Assembly (NCBI RefSeq): GCF_006345805.1
Contig: NC_043000.1
Location: 32,364,001 to 32,428,000, forward strand
Direction of reading: 5' to 3'
Source of the DNA: Octopus sinensis
Taxonomy: Eukaryota
DNA: 64,000 bases
Every line of letters starts with the position of its first letter. Positions within the stretch are counted from its first letter, which is position 1. This document shows, in pieces, positions 12,901 to 24,900 of this stretch. Made by a program: the position numbers and the translations under genes. Under the pieces are notes generated by a model that was given only the letters and a program-made list of their open reading frames with translations, was not told the origin of the DNA and made no database searches.

Positions 12901-15900
12901 GTGCAAGTCATGTACAGGGATGCTGTCAGTAAGGTGAGGGATGGCAACCAGTACAGCGAGGAATTCCGGATAGAGGTAGGGGTCCTCCAAGGTTCAGTCC
13001 TCAGACCCCTCCTATTTATCATAGTCCCCCAGGAAATAACAGAGGAATTCAAGACAGGATGCCCCTGGGAGCTCCTCTATGCTGATGACCTTGCTCTAAT
13101 TGCTGAGTCACTATCAGAACTAGAGAAGTTCCAGGTGTGAAAACAAGGATTAGAATTGAAGGGCCTTAGAGTCAACCTAGCTAAAACAAACCACAAATCC
13201 CTTCAGGTAGATGGCCCTGCTTGATCTGTAGAAAAGGTGTAGGTAGAAACTCTATAAGATGTACCCAGTATAAGCTATGGACACATAACAGGTGCAGCAA
13301 TATCAAAGGAAGGCTAACTGGGAGGATAGTTTTTGTATGTGGCAGATGCTCAGGAAAATGTGCAAAGGACAACTTCTGCCACATTCCAGTGAGAAAAACT
13401 AGAAGTAGTTGATAGCTTCTGTTACCTAGGTGACCAAGTCAGTAGCGGGGGAGGGTGCGCTGAACGTGTAGCTGCTAGAATAAGAATAGCCTGGGCAAAG
13501 TCCAGAGAGCTCTTACCTCTGCTGGTGACAAAGGAACGACTGTGCTGGTATGGTCATGTGGCAAGAATGGATGAGGATAGCTGTGTGAAAAAGTGCCACA
13601 CCCTAGCAGTTGAGGGAACCTGTGGAAGAGGTAGGCCCGGGAAGCCCTGGGATGAGGTGGTGGAGCATGACCTTTGAACATTAGGCCTCACCGAGGCAAT
13701 GACTAGTGACCGAGACCTTTGGAAATATGCTGTGCTTGAGAAGACCTAGCAAGCCAAGTGAGACCACAATCTCATGACCTATGCCAGGGGTATAACCAGT
13801 CCACTTATACGTACCTTTCTTTCATTGGACACTAAACTCTGCTTGCGAAGACCTGTTGATTGGACCTCATGCTGGTGTCACATAAAATCACCCACTACAC
13901 TCTCGGAGTGGTTGGCATTATGAAGGGCATCCAGCTGTAGAAACTTTGCTAGATCAGATAGGAGCCTGGTGCAGCCATCTGGTTCACCAGTCCTTAAATC
14001 TTCCAACCCATGCCAGCATAGAAAGCAAACGTTAAATGATGATGATTTGTTTTAACATCCATATTTTTCTCCGATTGGAGAGGGAATCCCTCAAGGTCTG
14101 GTTTTACAGCCTGATGGACTTCCAATTCGATTAGACACTTCATTCATGCCATAAAGTGGATTAAACCAAATCATCTTATCTTTCTGTAGTTTTATGTTAT
14201 AAAGTTTTATTCTATGAAATACTATTTTTATCCCTTTTGAAACCCACTCTTTTCCAATGCATTATTGTAGTAGTGTGAACTATGATTAAGTTCTCTTTTT
14301 GTTGATGATGACATACTGTGATCTGTGCAATATTAACAAAAACAATTCCTCCTCTTACAGCGAAGTTGTTTACTATGATGAATTTCTATCACTAACAGCT
14401 TGTCAAGTGTCTAAGCTTATTGCTAGTGATAGACTTACAGTTCCATCAGAGGAACAGGTGAGTAACACTTACTGTCATTGGTCTTCAACCAAATTCCTCC
14501 GTTTCTTTTATCTTTTAGTGAATAACAAAGTGGAGAATGGTTTTTAGTGAATAAGAATCTTTTATCTTTTTCTTTTTTCATCATTGGACTGCAGCCATGC
14601 TGGGGCACTGCCTGAAAATGTCTAGTCAAACAAATAATCATCCACAGTCATCAGCATCATTATTTAATATCCATTTTCCATGCTGGCATGGGTTGGACAG
14701 TTTGACCGGATTTGGCAAGATGGAGAGCTGTACCAAGTTGCTGTCTGATTGGACTTGCCTTCAACAGCTGGATGCCATTCTTAATGCCAACCACTTCACA
14801 AGAGTGGACAGGGTGCTTTTTATGTGGCGCCACTTCCTTTTTTAAGCCCGGTACTTATTCCGTTGGTCTCTTTTGCCGAACTGCTGAGTTATCGGAACAT
14901 AAACACGCCAACATCGATTGTCAGAGAGTGTTAGTGGTGGTGGTGGTGGGGAGGGGGGTGGCAAACACACATACACTTGCATTATCAATCTACTGAAATA
15001 ACTGAGAAGACATTAATTCAGCCAAGGGCTATAGTATAAGACACACAGTGGGACTGAACCCTGAACCACGTGGTCGGGAAGCAAGCTTCTTATTACGCAG
15101 CCATGAAATAATTAAGTGAAATATTTGTGATGATTTTGAACTACGAAGTTAATTGTTTGAATTTCTTTGATAAGGAGAAAGAATTCTGGAAATATTTTGT
15201 TGTTCGTCCACAGGTGTTTGAGGCTGTCCTGTCTTGGATTGAACATGATACAGAGAATCGACAACTTAGCATCGCTGAACTGATGGAACATGTCCGTTTA
15301 CCATTGATGTCTCAAGAGTTTCTCGTCCAGCGAGTTGAATGCGAACCTATGATTAAATCCAACACACAATGTAAAGATCTTTTAATTGAAGCCATGAAGT
15401 ACCACCTCCTCAAAGCGGAACAGAAAGCACTTTTTAAAACACCAAGGACTTTACCAAGAACTCCAATTGGATTGCCAAAGGTACCACTTGAATTTTACCT
15501 TTTTGTTGCATAATAATATATCTGAATGTTTGGTGGCAGTGGTGACATCATCATTGTTGCCGCTGTTGAAGATCCACTTAGCCATTCTTGCATAAGTCAG
15601 GCAGAATTTGTTGCAGCAGATTTTCTGCAGCCAAACGCTCTCCCTGTCACCAACCTTCACCTGTTTCCAAGCAAGACAATACTGTCACCATGACTGGACC
15701 TATTTTTCACAAAAGACTAGAAACACAGAACTCCTTCTTGTGTGATGACATCATTTATGTTTGTCACATGATGTCACGGCAAGGGCTCACACACACACAC
15801 ACACACACAACAAGCTTCCTTCAGTTTCCATCTACCAGTTCCACTCACAAGTCGTTGGTTGATCCAGGGCTGTTGTAGGAGATACTTCCCCCCAAGGGAC

Positions 15901-18900
15901 TTGAAAGCACACCACTGGGAAGCAAAGAAACAAAGCTTACCACTAGAGACAGGTTTAATCTGAAAGCACAGATTTGAATCTAAGCAGAAACCAGTTCTTC
16001 CCTAGATTGTAGCAAACTGTTGTGGCTAGAATGCTGGATATTTGATTCCAGAGTGATGAGCCACAGCTCTATCAAGTTTTAAAGCTCTCAACCTTTCTAA
16101 TAGTTAATAATTGTGGTTGATGGTGAAGTGATGTTAGCATAGATTGACTGGTGTTGTAGACATGGGCAAGGAAAAAACCTGAAGGATTTCTTTGTGAAGT
16201 CCAGTGGGTCTTCGTCTAGCAATGTAGTCTCACTATCAGTTTTGTTGTTTTAGTTATATTGTCTAATCACAACAGAAAAATACTATGCTCGTTACTCTCA
16301 AATGAATATGACCTTCTAGTATTTCTTATGCTTTTGCTAATTGTTTTTGGTAGCGATATAGCTACTAGCAGACTTAGATACATTCCTGGATGAATTCTAT
16401 AACCATTTAAGACTTCTTCCAAGAAGCTATTTTATCGTTTTCTGGTCTTTATTTAAAATCATTTCAACTTCTTCTTCCTGCAAACTAAATCCATGTAAAA
16501 ACAAAAAAAAAAAGACAGATGAAATTTGTAACTTTTAGATGATTGTTCCTTTAACCGTTTCACTGCCATATTTCTGTTGAAATGCACTTCCTTCATCTCA
16601 CTTAATTTGCAAAAATATTGAAGAATTTAGTGAATTAACTTTGTCGTTATTAAGCTGGTGTTAATTGTAGAATATCTCTGTAAGTTGTGACCAGTCTTTT
16701 TTCTCTCAGTCTTCAAAACATAAAACGCTACAAATGATCAAAATCTGACCAATATTTTTGTATTGTTTAAATTTTACGTTTTTTGTTTTTCTCCTTTTCT
16801 CATAAAAATCCCTTCTGAAACTCAGTTTTTAACCTAGAGTGATTGCTTGTTTGTTTGTTTGTTTATTTTTGTCATCTCTGATTCCACTGCATGCTGCTTA
16901 ATTGGTTCGTTACAGGTGTTACTGGTTCTTGGAGGACAGGCACCAAAAGCAATAAAAAGTGTGGAATGTTATGATTTTAAAGAAGAACGCTGGTATCAGT
17001 TGGCCGAGATGCCCATCCGTCGGTGTCGTTGTGGTAAAAAAAAAAACCTTTTTATTATATTATTTTGTTTTAATGTATTTTTATCCTTTTATTTCCTCCT
17101 TCATTACAAGTATTGCTTGCTTTTCTACTAGAATTCACGTAATTATCGAACAACCTTTACGTTTTAGCGATGGCTTTCCACTCTGTACAGCAGCTCAACA
17201 CCAAATACATGATTGAGTTAACCCTGTTGAGGCAAGGATTGTCGGTGTGTAAAATTACTTTTACACCTGATTAATTTAATACAGGTGTTGGGGTATCCAG
17301 TGTTAGCTACTTCGCACATGTCATCCAAGAACAATTGCAGGAATAAACATGTAGGATTGTTGAGAGCAGAGAAACATTTGTGAAAAATAAGATGCCCACA
17401 GAGAGCGAGGTTAATTGGTTGGAGGATATTTCCACAATCCTACTGAAATGGTACTCGTTGCAATCATCATCATCATCATCGTTTAACGTCCGCTTTCTAT
17501 GCTAGCATGGGTTGGACGATTTTGACTGAGGGCTGGCGAACCAGATGTCTGCATCAGGCTCCAATCTGGTCTGGCTGAGTTTCTACAGTTGGATGCCCTT
17601 CCTAATGCCAACCACTCCGAGAGTGTAGTGGGTGATTTTAAGTGACACTGACACGGGGGCCAGTCAGGCGGTACTGGCAACGACCTCACTCGAATCTTTT
17701 TACACATGCCACCAGCACAGGTACCAGTAAGGCAACGTTGGTAACGATCACGCTCAAATGGTGCCCTTTTACGTGTCACTGGCACGGAAGCCAGTTGGCT
17801 GCTCTGGCAACGATCACGCTCGGATGGTGCTCTTGGCACCCTACTAGCATGGGCACAAGTGCCAGTAAGGTGACGCTGGTAATGATCACGCTCGAATGGT
17901 GCCTTTTAAGTGCCACTGGCACGGAAGCCAGTTAGCCGCTCTGTCAATGATCACACTCATGTGGTGCTCTTTGCACCCTGCTAGCACGGTCGCCAGTCAT
18001 CGAATTTGATTTTGATTTAGATTGATTTCACTTGCCTCAACAGGTCTTTGCAAGCAGAGATTTAGTGTCCAAGGAAGGAAAAGGTACGCATAATTGGGCT
18101 GGTTACGCCCCTGGCATAGGCCATCTACATCAAATTTGAACTCAGATGGCTCCATCACATTCTGTAGATTGAACTCTTTAGCATTTAAATTGACTATATC
18201 TGGCCCAAAGACTCCACCTGATTAATGTTTAAACTGGCCACATCTAACTTCTCACACTTAACCCATATTGTCATTCTAAAAATAAACAACAACATCATCA
18301 AGATCTTGAAGCTTTGATATGTGAATAAAAAAGCATTACATTTGATGGAGTAATGTGAATGCTAAAGAGTTAAGTCGTTCGAGAAAATTACTTTTTAATT
18401 GTGATTGTAAGTCAAAGTAAATTTGCATCTTTCAGGTGTGGCTGTTGTTAATGGTTTGGTTTATGTTGTGGGTGGCTTCAGTGGTTCACTAAGAGTCCGG
18501 ACAGTCGATGCGTACGACCCTGTCAAAGATGTCTGGATCACATGTCAGAGTATGAAAGCCCGTCGAAGTACATTAGGAGTTGCCTTACTAAATGATCTCA
18601 TCTATGCAGTTGGTGGCTTTGATGGTTCATCAGGTAAGAAAATACTTTAACCCTTTCGTTGCTGTATTTATTTTGAGATGTTCTGTGTTTCTTTCAATTA
18701 CTTTAAATATAACAAAGAATTTAGTAAAATAACTCATTTATCATTCAACTAGTGTCAGGAACATAAATTGTGACTAAGGTTTGGTGGAAGATTTTAATTC
18801 AAAACTTATGAAAACAAGACATTTGTACAACAGAGCCAGAGCCAGTTTCGGCTGGGTTGGTAACGAAAGGGTTAAACAATATAATAATCTGTAATCCACT

Positions 18901-21900
18901 GTTATCCTTTATTTTGCCAGCTTTCACTTTTTGCTTGAAAAAGTCTGTTTCGTTTTCAATTGTTTTTTTTTTTTCTCTGTTGATGCAGGGCTTGATGGTG
19001 CTGAATGTTATGATGTGAAGACAGGACTGTGGAAATCTGTTGCACCAATGAGTATCCGAAGAAGTAGCGTTGGAGTAGGAGTCGTGGGAGGTGATTATTA
19101 TTATTATTATTATCTTCATCATCGTCGTCGTCGTCGTCATGGTCCAAGTTTCTGAAAATGTAGGGGGCTTGCTAAGACACAAGGACTGCAGAATTCAGCA
19201 AAGGGCTTGCTGTATTTAGTTGCATTTTTTAAATTCAAATCTTGCCGTATAAGTAGCTACCAAGAACTGGGGCATCCATTTCATCGGTTACATTTCATCA
19301 TCATCATCATCATGACTGCCTTTCCATAATTAAACTGTTTCTCCTTATTTCATTATGACATCCCTAACTTAATTTTTATTTTTCACGCAGATGGCGTCCC
19401 TTGGCAATTTCCTTCTTGTCATGATAGTTGTACACTGCCAACCAAACACACCTTGCATTATTTAGTTGTCTCCCTTTATATTCTCCATTCAAATGTCTTC
19501 TGGATTAACTTAGGTTTTTGCTCGTTTTAGATTGCCAAAGTACCAGTAATATACCAGGGGTGTGCTAATTGACTACAATCCTCTTCTCTAACATTTGTGG
19601 CCTTGTACCAATTATTTTTACCATTAATCACCCCTGTGTCACACTAGTGACACTATTCTTTCACTTTCTGTCTCCCCGATCCACGCTCAAGGTTTGCCTC
19701 ATGGCTAGAGTCTGAAGACACTTGCCCCTGGTACTGACTGAACCCAAGCTCATATCGGTTTGTGACCACAAACAGCCATGCTTACACCTATATCAGCCAC
19801 ACAGTCACACATCAAATTGTAAAATCCTTATTGATGGAGGAATATGGAGTATCTCCTTAAATGTTCCAGAAGGACAAAAGACCTCATCATCATCATTTAA
19901 CGTCCGCTTTCCACGCTAGCATGGGTTGGACAATTTGACTGAGGTCTGGCGAACCAGACTCCAATCTGATCTGGCAGAGTTTCTGCAGCTGGATGCCCTT
20001 CCTAATGCCAACCACTCCAAGAGTGTAGTGGGTGCTTTTACGTGCCACCGGCCACGCCCAAATGGTGCTTTTTACGCACCATTTGGGCGTGACTGTTGTC
20101 AGTACCACCAAATTAGCCCTCGTGCCGGTGGGCCAGTTTGGTGGTACTGGCCACAGCCATGAAATGATTTAGACCAGTTAAATCCGTTTGCATCTTTACA
20201 AATGTCCCCTGCTCTTTATATATATTCTGTTCTTGGTGTTTTTCCATTCATCTATCATTTAACATCCGTTTTCCATGCTGGCATGGGTTGGAGGGTTTGA
20301 CTAGGAATTCTCAAGCCAGAGGGTTGCACCAGGCTCCAGGCGTTAGTTTTGGCATGGTTTCTATGGCTGGATGCCCTTCTTGACACCAACCACTTTACAG
20401 AGTGTACTGGGTGCTTTTTACATTGCACCAGCACCAACAAGGTCAGCGAGTGCCTTGCAAGACAAAAATCCCTTCAACTGGGAGTGGGGAGTTGTATTAA
20501 AGGAGTGTGGCTTTGTGCTAGTTGAAAGATTTCTGTTGCAGATGTTTGTTTGTTGAGCAAAGTGGTCTTCTTCAGAAGTCCAAAACGTGGTCCTTTGCTA
20601 TTCGTAAGATCTGCAGAAGAGAAAGCAGGTCAACCCCCAACACAAAAAGCATCGACGGATGGATGAATGCGCATCCAGGCTCAGCGGTTGCGTAGGAAAT
20701 CGGGGACAAGAAACAGGAAGAAAGAGTCAGAGAAAGTTGGAGCCAAAAAGTACAACAGGGCCCCCCCCCCTGCCGGAGCCTTGTGGAGCTTTATGTGTTT
20801 TCGCTCAATAAACACACACAACGCCTGGTCTGGGAATCAAAACCGCGATCCTCCGACCGTGAGTCCACTGCCCTAACCACTGGGCCATTGCGCCTCCACG
20901 TTGCAGATGTATATTCACTACAGTGAAAGATTCATATCTCTCATCCCCATCGCTATGTAGAAAGATTAGCTGAGAATTTCCCTTGTGTGTGTGTTAAAGA
21001 AATCAGTCGCTCTGTGTTAATCTCCTTTTCTCCCTCACTAATGGTTTCTCTGTTTTTGTCTTGACCAATGTTTTGCCAGTTCTTTAAGATTGGTATATTT
21101 CATCGATCTGTTGAAGAAACATTCTCAAACGATCTTCTTGATAACCCGATGCTATTTTCCTTTGTGTCTCTCTTGGTTTTACTTATGTTTCATAATGTTT
21201 TGGTTCTTTTGTGGCAGGTTTCCTTTACGCAGTCGGAGGGTATGATGGTTGTTCCAGACAATGTTTAAGTACAGTGGAATATTTTGATCCTGAAGCAAAC
21301 TGCTGGCATCCTGCTGCAGAAATGTCTTGTAGAAGAAGTGGTGCTGGTAAGCAAGATATCTTTATACCAGAAGTAAATTATTTTTAACAGTGGAACTTGA
21401 AGCAGATAAAGCTGCAAATAATAGAATGTAGAATATTGGGTTCACTTGGATGGTGAAGAAGTCAAAGGGTTCTTTTTAAATCCAATATCCTTTATTCTGT
21501 TATTCATAACTTTATTCTCTTCAAGTTCCACTGTTAAAAACAATTTACTTCATATCACTTAAAGTTTCTAGATTTTTACAACATAAATAGGTAGCAGGGA
21601 ATTGTATCAGACTGCCAGAAGGGAAGCTAGGAGACAGGTTTATTTAGCCAGAGGAGAAGCAGATAAGAAAACATTTGTTCTGTGCCATGAGGACCAAAGA
21701 CATGAGGTATTTCGTGTTGCAAAACAGTGTGTGAGAGATAATCGTGATGTTGTAGGAGAGAAATGTGTCTGCATGGATGATGGTTCACTTGCACTAAATG
21801 AGGCTGCAAAAAGAGAGAGGTTTGGTGATGCCACTATGAAAGGTTGCTCGATAAAGGGAATGAATGGGAGAAAGAGAGTCTGCTGAATGTCGACCCAACA

Positions 21901-24900
21901 GAGGGACCAGCTATCTCTCTGTTAACAGTACCTTCGTAGATAAAGCAATTAAGCGTATGAAGACAGGGAAAGCTCCCGGCCCATCAGGAATCACTGCAGA
22001 GATGCTCAAAATATCTAGCAGTGTTGGCTATAGCCTAGTCATTCGTATAGTCAACCAGGTGATATATGAAGGAGTCATACCCAATGACTGGTGTAGCAGT
22101 ACTATAGTCAACTGCTACAAAGGTAAAGGTGACGCCTTATATACAAATATTTACAGAGGTATCAAGTTGTTGGATCAGGTAATGAAGGTCACAGAGAGGG
22201 TCACAGCCCAACTAATTAGGGAGAGAGTCAGATTAGATGAGATGCAGTTTGGGTCTGTGCCAGGGAAAAGCACCACTGATGCTATATTTCTGGTAAGACA
22301 GCTGCAGGAGAAATACCTAGCCAAAGATAGACCTCTGTACCTGGCTTTCGTTGACATGGAAAAAGCTTTTGACAGGGTCCCCCAATCCCTTATCTAGTGG
22401 TCAATGAGGAAACTAGGGATAGAAGAATGGTTAGTGAGAGCTGTGCAAGCCATACACAGGGATGCTGTCAGTAAGGTGAGGGATGGCAACGAGTACACAG
22501 AAGAATTCAGAGTAGAGGTAAGGGTCCACCAAGGTTCAGTCCTCAGCCCCCTCCTATTTATCATAGTCCTCCAGGCAATAACAGAGGAATTCAAGACAGG
22601 ATGCCTCTGGGAGCTCCTCTATGCTGATGACCTTGCTCTAATTGCTGAGTCACTATCAGAACTAGAGGAGAAGTTTCAAGTATGGAAACAAGGATTAGAA
22701 TCGAGGAGCCTTAGAGTCAACCTAGCTAAAACCAAAGTCCTAATAAGTAGAAAGGCAGGTAAGCCACAAATCCCTTCAGGTAAATGGCCCTGCTCGATCT
22801 GTAGAAAAGGTGTAGGTAGAAACTCTATCAGATGTACCCAGTGCAAGCTATGGACGCATAAGAGGTGCAACAATATCAAAGGAAGGCTAACTGGGAGGAT
22901 AGTTTTTGTATGTTGCAGATGCTCGGGAGCTATAAATAACACTGAAAATGTGCAGATAACAACTTCTGCCATATTCCAGGGAGAAAAACTAGAAGTAGTT
23001 GATAGATTCCATTACCTAGGTGACCAAGTCAGTAGTGGGGAAGGGTGTGCTGAAAGTGTACCTGCTAGAATAAGAATAGCCTGGGCAAAGTTCAGAGAAC
23101 TCTTACCTCTGCTGGTGACAAAGGGCCTCTCGTTCAAAGTAAAACTCTGCTTGCGAAGACCTGTTGAGGCACGTGAAATTGAAATCAAATTCAATGACAG
23201 CATCACATGACTGGCATCATCTGAGTGTGATCGTCACCAGGGCTGCTGACTGGCTCCCATGCTGGTGGCACCTAAAAAGCACCATTCCAGCGTGATCGTT
23301 ACCAGCATCACCTTACTGACATGTGAAAAACAACATTCAAGCGAGGCCAGTGCCACTGGACTGGATCCTGTGCAGGTGGCACATAAAAAACACCATTTGA
23401 GCGTAGTCATTGCCTGTACCACCTGACTGGCTCTCGTGCCAGTGGAATATAAAAGCGTCCACTACACTCTTGGAGTTGTTGGCGCTAGGAAGGGCATCCA
23501 GCTCTAGAAACTCTGCCAGATCAGATTGGAGCCTTGTGCAGCCATCTGGCTCACCAGTCCTCAGTCAAACTATCCAATTCATGCCAGCATGGAAAGTGAT
23601 GCATGATGATGATGATGATGATGACGATAACAACGACGACGAAACAGCTTTGTGCAACATTTAATTGGAAGGAGAGGCTTTGGTGAAAATTATTATGAAT
23701 CTTTTAATTACTTTTTACAACAGACTGATTTGTAACTACATCAGATTAATTTTTTTTCTTCCAACCAAATTAATTTCTATTTCATTGTAAATTACATAAA
23801 TAAATTGTTAGAGTTTGATGCAGTTTTACATTTTGTTTCCAGTCCTGACAAAATATTCCCATGACTTAATAAAATTATTTGTTTCAGAAGAATTTTGTGT
23901 TTTTAAATGTGATTTTCTTCATTTTTTTTTTTTTTAGGTGTAGGAGTTGTAGATGGTTTATTATATGCAGTTGGGGGTCATGATGGACCCCTTGTACGCA
24001 AAAGTGTAGAAGTTTACAACCCACAAACCAATACGTGGAGTTTAGTGGCAGACATGCATTTTTGTCGTAGAAATGCTGGTATGTTAAACACAAAATTATT
24101 TTATTTTGACTAAATATTTTTGTTTCCCATGTCCTGACACATCATCATCAACTACCATTTTCTTCCCTTTTCCTGTTTGTGTAACCATGTATCTCCTCCT
24201 CAGCAAGACACTTGTTCCTCTGTCCCTGCATCATCTTCTTGCCCCACCACACCTGGCATAAACACTTGTTCCTCTGTCCCCTCCATCATGCTCTTGCTCC
24301 TCAGTCGCCCCCTGAAATAAGGGATCTTGTGAATTACTTGGCAACTTCATTATTGGTGATGTCAAGAAAACAAGCACCCAGCGCACACTTCCAAGTGGTT
24401 GGCATTAGGAAAGGCAACCATCATGGAAACCATGCCTAAACAGAGATTGGGACTCGATGCAATCCTCACACCTGCTAGGTCTTGGCAAACCATTCGACCC
24501 ATTCCAGTTGGGAAGTCACACACTAAATGATGATGATAGTTTTCGAGTTCACTCTTACTGCTTGGCAACTCAAGCGAGTGTTTTCTGCTGCAGCCTTGGG
24601 GCTGACCAATGTTTCATGAGAGGATTTGGTAGATGGAAACTGAAAGAAGCTCATGGCGTGTATCATCATCATCATTTAGAATCGGTTGCCCATGCTGGTA
24701 TGAGTTGGACGAATTGACCAGAGCTGGCAAGCTGGAAGGCTGCACCAGACTCCAGTCTGATTTGGCATGGTCTCTACAGCTGGATGCCCTTCCTAATGCC
24801 AATCACTCTGAGAGCGTAATGGGTGCTTTTACGATTTTACTTGGCTTGATGGGTCTTCTTCTCAAGCACAACATAATGCCAAGGGTCTTGGTCATTGCCT

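Noticed and set aside
15481-15490. U12-type intron at the atypical donor GTACCACTT
   Set aside because: Does not match the GTATCCTT U12 consensus; ordinary GT-AG intron.
20870-20899. tRNA genes at SINE heads (also 61018 and 7548)
   Set aside because: A/B boxes are present but no complete cloverleaf, and each continues into a SINE body with tail or TSD.
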